The notes under the pieces: generated by a model
Databases searched by the model: none
Told to the model about the DNA's origin: nothing
What the model saw: the letters and a program-made list of their open reading frames with translations, nothing else
Source: Amoebidium appalachense
Lineage: Eukaryota > Protista > Ichthyosporea
DNA length: 64,000 nucleotides
Direction: 5' to 3'
Assembly: GCA_963693365.1 (NCBI GenBank)
Contig: CAVNZM010000001.1
Location: 502,425-566,424 of the forward strand
In this document: positions 13,107-26,367 of the stretch, piece by piece
How the letters are laid out: each line of letters starts with the position of its first letter
Position numbering within the stretch: position 1 is the first letter of the stretch
Program-made: the position numbers and the translations under genes

Positions 13107-14195
13107 GGGGGGCTCCCATATCCCCTCTCCCTTCTCCCCTTCTCACAGCTCCCCTGCGAGCGAGGGGGGAGGGGGGGGGGGGGGGGGGGGGGGCCGAACA
13201 TAAAAATGCCCGGTGGATATGACGTCATTATGCCGTCATGATGTAGTGGGAATGTCAATTGCAAAATAATGCATATGAATAAAAAGATAATTTCCGTGAT
13301 GTTGGTCCTGAACCCAGTTTGTCCTGAAACCGGTTCAGGACAGAAAAAGGGACGAAGCAAACAGAAAGTAGACACTTAAACTGCGAACGGCGTCCTTGAA
13401 TAATATGTTAATGCTGCACTCATAAATGGTGCGCATGTTAATTCATAATTCAATTCATAAACAGGTAAAACTGCCAAGAGTAAAACCTCTGAGAAAGATC
13501 TCGGAGAAAGATCACGAACAGAGAAATAAAACATTCGATAAAGTATTTGCGCTCTCTCAGAGCCAGTGGTAGGAAATAAAATCAGATGGTGCACTGATCT
13601 AAGAGAATAACTGTTGTGAAATAGTAGACCCTGTATATCTCATCTGCAACGAAACCGTCATGAACGAATCGCAAGGCAGAAACCAATTAAGGAAAATTGC
13701 AACCTTTTCTGCCAAGCGTATCTGTTCAACGTTCATTGAAGTTCTTCCAGAGTATTTGAGATGACCGCGCCAAACTTGTGGAAAAGGGGAATCCTTCGGA
13801 TAGTGATTGATTTGTTACAATGTTTAACATTTTCTATACCGTAGGCCTTGGTTGCAAGAATGTTAGTAAAGTATTTTTTTTAATGTTTTTAAAGTGTTCT
13901 TTTTGGTAGTTTAATTTTATACTTGTTTTTATACTTGTTTGTTGTTTTTCAGCTCGTTTTTTATTGTTTATTTGTTGCTTTCTTCTGTCTTAACAAAGTG
14001 ATCAATCGAAACTTTGCCTTCGAATTTCTTGTGCACGTGTACACTGTCTCCATATTTCTCTGTTTCTCTGTTGGAATACATGTACTGCTCGCATAAAATG
14101 TGAAACAGAATAACCAATAAAAAGAATCAGAACAACTTATGCTGTTAAATCAAGTATGGATGCCCAGAGTTGTTCGAATTCCAGGCTGTAGCAGC

Positions 14196-14237
<42 letters not shown>

Positions 14238-14836
14238 TCCCTCTCGGAGTCAGAGGCCATTGATTGATAGTAATCATCGAACCTGGGGTGCTCACCACAC
14301 CGACCATGTGCACCAAAAGCTCGAAGCACGTGTGGCATACAGTTGCCTTTATAAACAAAAATGATATGATAAGTCATAGCATTTACATATATTTGCATAA
14401 AAGTTTGCATACATTAGCATTTAAACAAGTTGATATATTTGCACTCATGGGCCGGTTCCCACCATAAAGGAGCGGTGCTGGATAAAAACAAAACAAAGGG
14501 TTTGAACAAAACAAATGAGCATTCCTATGTATTAAACCACCCTGACATACAATCGGCTTTGTAAGCACTTAAGACATGCCTATCCACGTCGTATAAAAGG
14601 TGCAAAAACAACGTGGCTATAGTGTGTGATGTGCAAAATGGCGGTGGTGAACACTAAAGAGAATGTAGTGTATGCTCTCCATATGCCCGGTGGAAAAAAA
14701 TGCCCCTGAGCCAAACCAGAAGAGCCCCGTTGTTCGGGTCATATGTGCATGTGAATTCAGCCTCCAAGAGATCTACATTGTGTCATCATTGAAATTCAGG
14801 TAACCCGTAATGTTCCTCACTTGGCTACTTTTTTAT

Positions 14837-15943
14837 TTACGCCTTTTTGGCATCATTAATTCCTTTCTGGCCATACTGGTCAAGAACCTCTTGCTCGCTG
14901 CGGTATTGGACACCCATTTCCCACGGGTGCAGACCGTGGCGTATGTGGCCCAGATATCGGCTCTGCACCGGGTGGAAGGCCCCACCATGCATTTCGGCCC
15001 ACTGGAAGGGGTAGCCCTTGGCATCCTGGCCCAGCCACGTGGTGCAGCAGCGTGGTGTGGGTGCCGGATGCTTCTTGAGCTGCTCGTATTTGGAGCTCAG
15101 CCGCTCGTTGACAATGCGCAGCCAGTCTGCAGTCATGGCCGTTTTCGGCCGCATGATGTAGGCGCCGTTACAAGCCAGCCCCTGCCAGACAGCTTTAAGT
15201 ATCTCACATGTTGTGTTCATACTTGCAGCATAGCCTGGGTCGCAGGCAACGCCCCACTGCCCGAACTCGTGAATACCGTACATCCACACGTTGGAGTCTT
15301 GCTCGAAGATGTCGAAGCTGCTAGCCCAACTGCCGTTGTTAGGCTTAATGTCGTGGTAGCCTCCGCCGTAATGGTGCATAAAGTACACACGCAAATAATC
15401 TACCAGGTGGTTTTTGGAGAGGTCGTTCTCAAACACGGCCGGATGCATGGGATCCTCCTTAATGTTGAAACTCGCCAGATTGTCCTCTGTCAATACCGTC
15501 ATGTTTACCCCGAGATTCTTCTTGAGCTCATGGAAAGCTTGCAAGCGTGCCCCATGCATGGGTGGGCCGAACCATGCCACCCACACGTGACGGGGTACCA
15601 CTGACGAGTCAACAGCGGGCCTCGGAACATAGACCTCTGGGTTTAACTGCACTGCCATGTCTGCTGGAGTATCTGGGTTTAACTGCACTGCCATGTCTGC
15701 TGGAGTATCTGGCTTATGCATACCGTGGCTTGCTCGCTGTACAGAAACATTTACCGCTTTATCCTCTGAGCTGGTGTCCTGAACAGGCTGTTGAGGCCAC
15801 ATGTGGGTGGCATTGGGAGTGTAGCGCCACGTACACCACAGCAATAGCAGTAACACAGCAGCGACTTTTAGCTCTAGGCTACCCGCGAGCAGGTACCGCC
15901 TACCCCACCACGACTCTGGTACACCGCCCATTTTTGTGGCCAT
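14837..15943 (-). CDS. Intronless type II membrane glycosyltransferase, GT32/capsular-polysaccharide-synthesis-like (paralog 1)
   Basis: TM segment AAVLLLLLWCTW, then VVPRHVWVAWFG and DYLRVYFMHHYGGGYHDIK (GT32-like DxxR..YGG.Y.D motif). The ATG at 15943 aligns with the paralog start. There is a 36-bp tandem duplication (PDTPADMAVQLN x2) in the stem. Confidence 0.8.
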   Translation of the reverse strand: MATKMGGVPESWWGRRYLLAGSLELKVAAVLLLLLWCTWRYTPNATHMWPQQPVQDTSSEDKAVNVSVQRASHGMHKPDTPADMAVQLNPDTPADMAVQLNPEVYVPRPAVDSSVVPRHVWVAWFGPPMHGARLQAFHELKKNLGVNMTVLTEDNLASFNIKEDPMHPAVFENDLSKNHLVDYLRVYFMHHYGGGYHDIKPNNGSWASSFDIFEQDSNVWMYGIHEFGQWGVACDPGYAASMNTTCEILKAVWQGLACNGAYIMRPKTAMTADWLRIVNERLSSKYEQLKKHPAPTPRCCTTWLGQDAKGYPFQWAEMHGGAFHPVQSRYLGHIRHGLHPWEMGVQYRSEQEVLDQYGQKGINDAKKA

Positions 15944-16097
15944 CGTGCGCAGGAAGCCAGCTAACGCTTGCTCTGTCAACCAACTTGTGACGAGTCAAAC
16001 TATCTGATGCGTATGGCCACCGGTCATGACCGGCTTTAGTTAAATACCGCATCCAGGGTTCGAATTTCGGTATCGAGTTTTTGTGAGGGGCAACTTT

Positions 16098-16174
<77 letters not shown>

Positions 16175-16636
16175 ACACACATTTACTTTGTATCATATGC
16201 ATACTCATCATGTGACAACCACGTTACAAGTTATAAAAATTCCTGGAGATATATACATATAATAACATTTCACCCAACAAGAGATAGCATAATCGGGATA
16301 TGTACAATTGAGGTATTTACTAAAAATAGACTAGGGTTTATAGAACGAGATTGGAATGTGGTCAGGATCTCTTCAGTCCAGGTCATAGTCAAAAGTCATT
16401 TAAAGTAAATTAAGTCCGAGGCTTTTTCTCAATAGTAAACAGGTTTTGGGGGCTTAATAAATAATGACATATAAAGCGACGCGCAAATATGTTATAAGGA
16501 CTCTACAATAGACCTCTCCTTCATGGTCAAAACGAGGAAGAAGCACGATCTCATCATAATCCAGGTGTATACACCTGGCGGCCGGCGCCTGTGCAACGAT
16601 CAAGCCCTAGCGCAACCAGCAACCAACCACCAGTGA

Positions 16637-16703
<67 letters not shown>

Positions 16704-16704
16704 G

Positions 16705-16737
<33 letters not shown>

Positions 16738-17639
16738 TGTGTGTGTGTGTACACATGTATATATAAACATATCATATACATACACACAAAAAAAGTTGAA
16801 GAAATCCCCTGTTCATTTATGACTCAATTGCAAAGTAGAAAGATCGGCCCGGTAATGTGTCGAGGCTTCATTTTTTCTGCTGAATCAGACGTGGCCGTGG
16901 TTTCGACCAATGAAACCTTAGAGACTAAACTAAGGGACCAATCATATATGGGTGAACCATTAGACAGCGTCACGGTCCGGTTACGCACTATTTATTGCTG
17001 TGGACTGTCACCATATCACTTTTCAGCTAATATATATATATATAATTCCTCAATAGTTGTATTGAATATTATTTGATGTTGTCGTTTTTACCATAAATAT
17101 GTATATAACTATCTTTGAAATAGCGTATCGTAGCGACCGGCGCGTGGCGGGCCTGGCGGCTGCTGATTGATGAATGATATCCGCAAAATGATTGGCCTTG
17201 CGATTTACGACAACCAATGGTGCCAGTCCTATAACTAAATATACATCACTGATGCCGAACAAATTGCTTGTAGAGGTAAAAAGAATTCAATGTAACGCAA
17301 AATATTAGCTTCCCTACGAAATCAATTTACAAAACACAATATATATATATATATATTATCAAATCTGTGGGAAGTTCCTACATGCTCATAAATTTCGAAG
17401 CCCACCATTTGAAAGCCCTGAGACTGCGAAATGTGCCTATGGCAGGGTGTGAAAATCGTTCTTTCGTAGACTACCGACCACGCCTTTGTCACAAAGTTTG
17501 GCTGGCAGAGGGGCGCTGAACCAACTGCAAAATTTCAAAGCCTGGAATGCTGCATGGTGTACAGTATATAAAGTAGGAGCAGGAACAGTGGCGTTGACAA
17601 CGAGTGCACTTGTTTGAATGGCGCTAAGTTGCCCACACA

Positions 17640-18695
17640 ATGGCGTCCAGCATGAAAATGGGCTCAGGGCAGGATTCGTGGTGGAGAAGACGAGGGCTCA
17701 CAGGCAGCACAGAGCAAAAGCTACTTGCTGTGTTACTGCTCCTCCTGTGGTGGCGCTATATGCCGCATAGCACCTCCGTGTGCCCTCAGCAGCCCTCCCA
17801 GACGGTTAGCTCCGAGGAACTAGCCGTTTCTGTGCAGCCACCAAACAACGTCACGCCAATTCCGTCATCAAATACGGAGACGGAGCCTGGGGTCTACGTT
17901 CCGAGGCCCGCCGTTGACTCGTCAGTGGTACCCCGTCACGTGTGGGTGGCATGGTTTGGCCCACCCATGCAGGGACCACGGCTGGAGGGTTTCCATGAGC
18001 TCAGGAAGAACCTCGGCGTTAACATGACGGTATTGACAGAGGACAATCTGGCGAGTTTCAACATTAAGGAGGATCCCATGCACCCGGCCGTGTTCGAGAA
18101 CGACCTCTCCAAAAACCACCTGGTAGATTATTTGCGTGTGTACTTTATGCACCATTACGGCGGTGGCTACCACGATATTAAGCCCAACAACGGCAGCTGG
18201 GCTCGCAGCTTCAACATCTTCGAGCAAGACCCCAACGTGTGGATGTACGGTATTCACGAGTTTGGGCCGTATGGTGTGGCCTGCGACCCTGGCTATGCTG
18301 CAAGCATGAACACGACATGTGACTTGGTCAAGGCCAGCTGGAAGGGGCTGGCATGCAACGGGGCCTACATCATGCGGCCCAAAACTGCCATGACAGCGGC
18401 ATGGCTGCGCATTGTCAACGAGCGGCTGAGCTCCAAGTACGAGCAGCTCAAGAAGCATCCGGCACCCACACCGCGCTGCTGCACCACGTGGCTGGGCCAG
18501 GACGGCAAGGGCTACCCCTTCCAGTGGGCCGAAATGCATGGTGGGGCCTTCCACCCGGTGCAGAGCCGCTACCTCGGCCACATCCGCCATGGGCTACACC
18601 CTTGGGAGATGGGTGTCCAGTACCGTGGCGAGCACGAGGTGCGCAACCAGTACGGCTCGAGATGGGCAAAGGTTGCTGATAAGATCAAACGTTAA
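17640..18695 (+). CDS. Intronless glycosyltransferase, GT32/capsular-polysaccharide-synthesis-like (paralog 2)
   Basis: 351-aa ORF whose catalytic domain is nearly identical to that of 14837-15943, in divergent orientation. Confidence 0.82.
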   Translation: MASSMKMGSGQDSWWRRRGLTGSTEQKLLAVLLLLLWWRYMPHSTSVCPQQPSQTVSSEELAVSVQPPNNVTPIPSSNTETEPGVYVPRPAVDSSVVPRHVWVAWFGPPMQGPRLEGFHELRKNLGVNMTVLTEDNLASFNIKEDPMHPAVFENDLSKNHLVDYLRVYFMHHYGGGYHDIKPNNGSWARSFNIFEQDPNVWMYGIHEFGPYGVACDPGYAASMNTTCDLVKASWKGLACNGAYIMRPKTAMTAAWLRIVNERLSSKYEQLKKHPAPTPRCCTTWLGQDGKGYPFQWAEMHGGAFHPVQSRYLGHIRHGLHPWEMGVQYRGEHEVRNQYGSRWAKVADKIKR

Positions 18696-18908
18696 CAAGT
18701 CTAGGTCCACACTATCATGCAACTATACCTTGTAACCACGTGGCCGAACTTGAAGGCTTAGCTATATGCTACCATACATCCGACACATTGTAATAGGTCA
18801 GTAAGGGCCCCCATGAACGTAGTTATTTTCCTGCAAGTGGCAACATTCACATATGTGTGTGTGTGTGTGGTGATGGTGGTGGTGGCTGGTTCGGGGGGGA
18901 GGGAAGGG

Positions 18909-18945
<37 letters not shown>

Positions 18946-19919
18946 AGCGCCACTTGTGTTGAAAGTGCGCACGCGGGGAGAAGGGGAGGGGGGGGGGGGG
19001 GGGGGAAGGGCTCAGTTATGGTACCGTGCACAACACAAAATAATGCAGCCTACTTTATTTTTTTTGCTAGTATGCTACCTGCAGGTGCCGTAGGTGTTTC
19101 TCAGCTTATTCACAAGTTGCATTGCAACACCAGAGGTCGCATTTGTTTGCAGTGTTTTGGTATAATAACATTGGGCTAGTATAAGCTTGAGGCTCAGTAT
19201 TCATACAGGAGCTGCGAATGTGAGGCCAGGGACGCTTTTGTAAATGGGGAAGGGGACTTGAAATGAATGTAAAATATGTCAGGTTAACATTCTTATGTAC
19301 ATGACACGTGACATTTATCATAAAGAATCTCAATAAGAGCATGCTTAGCCAAGTTTTTGTGATAGCATTCGACACGGCTGGGTTTTGGCCGGGATGCTCT
19401 TGCTGCTGAGACTGTCGGAGATCCCCCCCTGGCCTCTTGTGTACACACACACACACACGTGGTAGCATGAGTGTGACGCTGGTGTACGGAACATGCTTGA
19501 TTTGCTGTCTGCCTAAATTTGTGTGAATGCCGTGTTGTCCTGTTTGTCTATCAGCCATTTTTGCAAGACAGTTTTTCGTCATTACATCAACATCTGTCAT
19601 TGCACTGTCAGTTGCTAAATCTGTGTTCCTACTTGCTGATGTGTGTGGCTCGACTCTCAACACTTGTGTCTTCGCTTTTTTTAAAGTGTGGTCAAAACTC
19701 TATAAAGAGATGTTCAAATAGATTCTTGATGATATTTGAGTGTGTTTCGGGTTTTGCATGGAGAGCTATAGATGGTCTATGATGCTATGTGTATTTCCGG
19801 GGCATATGAAGTTCTTTGTGTCTCTTTCCTTTTCCGTGTGCCGAAAGGATCACTCTACTGAGTCATTTACTCTAGCAGTGTATGGTGGTGAGTTCGCCTA
19901 TCGTACATGTATGTATTCC

Positions 19920-20187
19920 TATGTCATGTACGATATATCAAGTACCATGTGACCGTACCAACCGCCCCCCCTCCCCCCCTAACTGTGTCCTCTTGGAGGA
20001 AATACTATGAAACTGTCGTAATGTGAACTCCGCTTCTTCCCCACCCCCCCCCCCCCCCCCCCGGGGGGGGGGGGGGGGAGGGGGAGGGGTAAGTCACCTA
20101 TACGTGTGGCATGGAGAAGGGTCCCGGGGGAAGGTATGAGTGTGTGTTGTAGGGTCACATGGCACATGACATATAGTACATGACAAG
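19920..20187. repeat. Short inverted repeat pair around a C-run/G-run centre (MITE-like)
   Basis: tgtcatgtacgatatatcaagtaccatgtgacc (~19922-19954) is the imperfect reverse complement of ggtcacatggcacatgacatatagtacatgaca (~20153-20185). Confidence 0.6.
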
Positions 20188-20249
20188 TTATGTAGTCTGC
20201 CCAATCAACTTGGAAAAAAACTCTACATCTTCTATTCGTTTTATCCCAA

Positions 20250-20299
20250 CACCACTCTGTTGGCGGCTTGGTACCACCCGGTTAAACAATATTACCCCT

Positions 20300-20333
<34 letters not shown>

Positions 20334-20900
20334 AGCAATGGGTGATACCATATTTCCGGCTGACATCCGGGGGCATAGCTTTCCGTTCGAAGACGATAAA
20401 GTTCCGCCCTAGTAAGCGTATTACTACCCTGCGGCGTGGGTCAAATCTCATATTTTCCCCTCTGATTACGAATTCTGTGGCCTTCGGGACTTAATTCTTT
20501 TCAGCTGGTGTAGTATGTTAGCCAGGGAAGTATCGACTTAGGTATCGACGGGGGAGCTTCCTAGAGGCCCCGTCTCCTGAGTTCCTATCTATATTTTTCT
20601 TGCTTCTGCTTACTGCTGCAACTTTAACCCCCGGCCTTTCCCACTGCCCTTGCCTGCATAAGCAACCCTGCTCGTCTCTGATCAAGACGGGTGACCTACT
20701 CATGTTCAAGTGAAACAGTATCTGAGTTGGGTTTCGTTAACGAGGGGAATAGGTCGAAACTCGGGTACTGTGGATGACGTGGGCCCCCCCTGAGGATGGG
20801 CTCTGCTTATTATGCATACTCTTTATGTATGGCTTGCATTCTGCATCGTGTTATCCGTTTGTTCTTGTGTACTTCGTACTTTTTGACGCATTCAAAACCC
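20250..20900 (+). mobile_element. Penelope-like pseudo-LTR/3' repeat, subfamily 1 copy A
   Basis: Near-identical to 45855-46520 over ~570 bp. Contains the structured RNA module and ends CATTCAAA + poly-C. Confidence 0.7.
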
Positions 20901-22052
20901 CCCCCCCCCCCCCCCCGGACACCGTAACACACACACACACACACCCCACCGTGACGTGCACCTTACCCTTCTGGGACATTGCCAGCAGGACTCTTATATG
21001 TCGGTGGGTGCCCCTTTCTAGCTATTTGTTTGATGAAGCATCATCATCAAGTTCGTCGTTAGCCTTTTTAAAAAAAAGGAGTGAACTCCGCCTTCTCAAC
21101 CCCCCCCCCCCCTCCAATTAAACCCTGCAAGTTTCACAGACCTTGGCTCTTGACACAACTGTAAGCCCCTTAATTGCTAATGATGTAACCCTGCCTAGGA
21201 AAGGAATCATTTAGCACGGGTATGGCTTGTAGTTGAAAGGAAAACATTTACAACCCAGCGCATAGTTAATCACGAGTACGATTAGAGTTTTGCGGATCTG
21301 AACTAGGCGATGGTTCCCTGATTGTCATTGTGAATGTAGTACTCAAAGTACTGTAGCACTTACATGTGTAGTGAGATGATGCCTCGGTTGCTTCCTGAAT
21401 CATCGCACGTGCATTGTCAATCTTTTGTTTGCTCTGCAGATTTGAATCGTGTTGTCTGTCGTAGGCTGTGTAACCTTTAGCTCATTCTCAAACCCTCCTC
21501 CGCCCCCCCCCCCCCCCACACACACACACACCACCCACCCACCCACAGGGCCTCCTTTTGACATTCTAATCCGTTCTCCCCCCCGTTGATCCCTTAGTCT
21601 CCCAAAACACCCCCAGAAAAGGAATATAAAAACGGAAAATGATAAAGTTATGATAAGAACAACTATGTTCAACATACTATCAAGATGGATTTCATTAATC
21701 GGTATACATGTATACGAACAAACATAATTAAACATGAAAACAGCTACAACCCCCCCCCCCCCCCCCCCCCAAACACACACACACATCTGAACATTCCCAA
21801 AGAGTAGATATGTTCCGCATAGGCATTTTTGGTTTTGAAACGGGGAGGAGGTTTGTAGTTAGCTGGGGGGAGGGGGTGGGGGGAGGCAGGGTAGGAGGGG
21901 AGGAGGGGGAGGTAGGGTGTGGGGGGGAGGGGGGGGCAACCACCACCCAGGAGGTCCCCACCATAAGATGATGGCATTCGCACCTTCTCTAGATCGATCA
22001 ATTGGTATCAAGTATCAAGGTCAGTGACTTGCCTACTGGCTAGGCACATGCA

Positions 22053-22085
<33 letters not shown>

Positions 22086-23068
22086 ACCCGCCCCTCCTCG
22101 AAAAACCACGCTGGGCTCGTGGTGGTCCCCCCCCTATGTGGTGGTCACACCTCTAAATCACATACGGAGACCGCAATTAGTTGTTGCTCACCGACTTTCT
22201 CGACCATGTCTACATAAGTGTGCCCACTAATTATAAATCCTCCCCCCCCCCCCCCCCCCCCCTCCCCCGCACCCGCCCCTCAGCCACCATTCCATGCCGG
22301 CTTTTTACTAAGCTCCCCAAAAGACCTCCCACATCCCCTTTCCCACTGCAACTTTGTGTGAGCATTTCTCCTTGAAGTTGGCCATATGCCTTGTGCATGC
22401 ACTCAGGACTCGAGGTCATAGCATCGTGTTAACCACCACTGGCTACACCATGCCCGTTAGAATCAGCATGCCGCAAACGGCAATGTGCATGTCACACACA
22501 GGCATACACTCACACCGTGGTACGCACAGTTACAACCCCCCCCCCCCCCCCCCCCCCCCCGGACACACTCACACAAATATACAAACATGCGCGTGTGCAC
22601 GCGCGTCCGCATGCACAGCGAGACCGCACATGCTCGCATACACACACGCACACAAAAACACACCCACACAAAACACAGACAGACACACACACGCACACAC
22701 ACACATTCTCTCTCTCTCTCTCTCCAAATAGACAAGGAGAAGAAAATCAGAACCGTAACTCGTGCATGCAAGCGTGCACACATGTACATTCACATACACG
22801 GGCTGGCACACATGCTCCTGCTGACATATACACATTCACACACACACTCACTGACGTGTGGAACACTTTCTCGATCCTTTTGTTCTCTCCTACCCCCCTT
22901 GTATCCCCTCCCCCCCCCCCCCCCCCGCTAACCTCTCTGGTGAAAACAATGCTGCATGTATGCATCACCCACAACTCGAACATAAGCGCTGGTCGAAACG
23001 AAGGGGGAAAGGGGGGGGGAGGTGAGCCTCCGAGAGAGGGGTGCGCAGCCTCTGGGAACCAACAGACT

Positions 23069-23131
<63 letters not shown>

Positions 23132-23417
23132 CTGGAATACGTCACTACGTAGGGCAGCAAGAGTCTTGAAGTATGTATGTGTCTTAGCTTGGTTTGTATT
23201 CGTGTCTGCTCTCCTTCTTTGTGCTCTCCTCTCTCCCCCTTTTTTTTTTCTCTTTTCTTTTCTTTCTCCCCCCCCCCCTCTTTTAGATTTTGTCCTGGTG
23301 CAGAGACTAGCGATCTTGCTAGCCTTGAGATCACAACCTAACCACTGCCGATGGTTGTGATGACGCCAGTAAAGGCGTGCTGGCTTTTACCCCAGCGAGA
23401 AGAGGATGAGAAAAAGA

Positions 23418-23490
23418 TGATCCCGACGGGATTTGAACCCGCGACCCCTCTATCTCCGGTCGAGTGCTCTACCAACTGAGCTACGAGATC
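23418..23490 (-). tRNA. tRNA-like gene (Trp-like acceptor/T arm, anticodon position GGA); possibly a pseudo-tRNA or SINE head
   Basis: GATCTCG TA GCTC AGTTGGTA GAGC A CTCGA CCGGAGA TAGAG GGGTC GCGGG TTCAAAT CCCGT CGGGATC A folds into a 73-nt cloverleaf with A/B boxes and is followed by TCTTTTT (Pol III terminator). Confidence 0.72.
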
Positions 23491-23568
23491 GGTTAAGATC
23501 TCCCAGGCCATCAGCCGATCATGATCTGATTCATGCGATCGGACTGGATAACGATACCATCTTCCAAC

Positions 23569-23608
<40 letters not shown>

Positions 23609-24486
23609 GTATCTCTCTCTCTCCCTTGTTTCTGTGTGCACAGATATCTGTTAGATCTGTGCACACCTGGCTCTCTTGCCTGATAGAACTTATTGTATTT
23701 TATCTGTGTTTGCTCTCCTCTGTTTATCTGAGAAGTAGCGTGATTGGCTAGCTATATTCGTTGTCTTTGTTGTAGTTCAAAGTAGTTTAGTTTTAGTTCA
23801 TAATAGGATGACTCACCAATAGACGCGAGTGAGTACATCTATAGATCGTGATGTGCATTCCTGTCTATTAATATACGTGTTATGATTGGACACAATAGAT
23901 ATTTTTGGAATTCGGTTTATCGTAATGTGTCTTCACTTTGAGAGTGTCGACTATTAGGAAATATATGTATTTGGATGAGAAGGCTTTATAGAGACGAGTA
24001 TAAATATATATGTGTATTAATAGTGACAAGATGTATAATTACTTAAGTTATTTAAGTAAGAGTTTCTAAGCTTCAGTTATGTCGGAAGTTGGAATGCGTA
24101 TGCTCTGTTGGAATGTGTTTTTCTATCATCTGATAGAACCGATTGGTTCTCTTCTTTTAGTTGAGATAAGATGATAAGTTGCAAGTACAAAAAGACCCGA
24201 GAGCGCAATAAAAGGTCAGTTGTTGTTGTTTGAAATCTTTCAAGTGTCGTGAACAACTCCGATTGCCCTCTCTTTATTGTGTTGGTCGTGTTTTACATGA
24301 CACCTCTGTGCACTCTGCTCCCTTAGACCCATACAAAACAACAGGGGGGGGGGGGGGGGAGGCCGGAGGGAGGGGGGGGGGGGATGATGGAGGGGGGGGG
24401 GGGGGGGGGGAGGGGGACCCACCATTCCAACAAAATGGTGGGGACCCACCACCCTGGCGGCCAGCTTGGGGAAGGGGGGGGGGGGG

Positions 24487-25411
24487 TGTTGTAATACGTA
24501 GTATTTACATATGGTAAGATCTTCTCAGTTTGTGTTATGTTTCAGTTCATATGCTTAGTGTAAATGCCACACTCCTATTATGTAAAGTGTAGCATCGATC
24601 TCCGATATGCTTGTATACTTGTAATCGTGTTGTATCGGCTTTAATCGTGTATTGTAATATCGATTAGAATATTTATATGTGTGTACACGGATCCACCCAC
24701 TCAGGGAGAGACGTGTACATGTTCGTGTGTACATAAATATCTCTGGTTATAGTTATGCTATTACTATCTTGTTTGTTGATCTGTGCTCTCTTTTCCTTCC
24801 TCTTTCTCCTTCCTTATTTTCTTTTCTTTCTCTCCTTGTCTTCATGTGTATAATCGTATTTCTTTTCTACTAATATATGTTAGGTAGATTTGTGTTACTT
24901 AATACGTGTTCATTGGACGGTAACACACTTAGGCTACACTTAGAATAGCATGTGTGTTTAGACTTCATTAATTCACTTTAGTTTTCATGTGTTGCCGGGC
25001 TTTAACCAATCATCAAGGTTAAGTGTGATATGTCTGAGTCTTTGCAGTATGTCATAGGTTAGAACTTCCTTGATGATGACACGAGTTGATCTTAACTAGT
25101 GTCTGTGTCCTATCGTGTACGCCTCCGCGTACCGGATCTCTCTGAAAGCAATTGGTTCTTAGTGATTGGTTTCTATTAGAGATGGATCTGATTTCCGACT
25201 GGTCGGAAATCATGTATGGATTGGACTTAGAGGAATTTCAGGTATTTATTCGAAGATCAGAATAAATTCAGTGCAGTCGTGTCTAAACATTGATGTCTGT
25301 TGTGTACACTGCTCCGATCGTTCCGTGTTTTGTTGTTGTGTGTGTCTGTGGTGTTTTCACACTGCACCACTGTGTCTCTGCTTACATCCTAAATACTTAT
25401 ACAATTTAACA
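24487..25411 (+). mobile_element. LTR (3' LTR of a truncated LTR retrotransposon) preceded by a polypurine tract
   Basis: Starts TGTTGTAAT directly after GGGGAAG(G)n, ends ATTTAACA (TGTT..AACA termini), and has an internal AATAAA at 25261. Confidence 0.65.
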
Positions 25412-25817
25412 GGGGGGGGGGGGAGGGGAGGGGGAGGGTGGGTGGGTGGGGGGAGTGGGGACCCACAACCCCACCAATTGGAAAGAAAGGGCCGGACCGG
25501 CCCTCCCCCCCCCCCCCCCCCCCCCCCCCCAACTATTCTCAAGTCCAAATAGCCGTAGCCAATAATAAAGTGTGACCAACCGGTGCCGAGTTAGTTACCA
25601 AATGCAAATGCTCCCGATCACGTGCCATAAATGGTATGGCTGTTCGTCTTCAATCACTCCAAGCTTAGGCGAGAGAGTTTAAAAGCATTTAGTTAACAGA
25701 GGCGCTGGAACAGTTTGTTAAAATCAAAATCTGCTTCAAATGCTAGAAAGGTGTGTCACAGACTCACACAATTGTCTCACCATTTTCCTGTTTCAACAGT
25801 ACAACCCGCCAGCTTTT

Positions 25818-25858
<41 letters not shown>

Positions 25859-26336
25859 AATCACTACTGCCCCTACAGTGGCCACCACCAGTGCTTGATA
25901 GGATAGTTTCAAAAGTGTATATTTTTAAAAAAAAGCGCCAGAACAAAGTTTCACATCAGATGAAAGTGTTGATTGTAAGAAAAATGCATAAAGGTGTTTC
26001 TTGGAAAAGGTAATGTAATACTTTTATCTGGCGCTCCAGTTTTGACTGTCCGGGTTTGATACAATAACGGAAAATCATTTCGAGATCTGACTTTATTACA
26101 TCCGTTCATGATCACCCTACTCGTCGGAAGCAAAACAAACATGTATCATATGCATGGATACACATGCCCAATAGAAATAAGCGTTCATTATTCATGGTGA
26201 TTTTAACTTTGTTGAAACTAATACTTTGGGGGTACATCAGGCGGAGCGGTTTGCACATGATGGACAAGTCGACCTGAAGGGCCACTCAGGGGGAGGGAGG
26301 GAGGGAGGGGGGGGGGGGGGGGGGGGGGGGGGGTGC

Positions 26337-26367
<31 letters not shown>

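Noticed and set aside
14810-18590. Long antisense ORFs over the glycosyltransferases (and similarly over gag and the transposase)
   Set aside because: Shadow ORFs caused by GC-rich codon bias of the real genes.
19106-19780. 185-aa minus-strand ORF
   Set aside because: No motif, includes a microsatellite, and the other frames are full of stops; probably decayed TE sequence.
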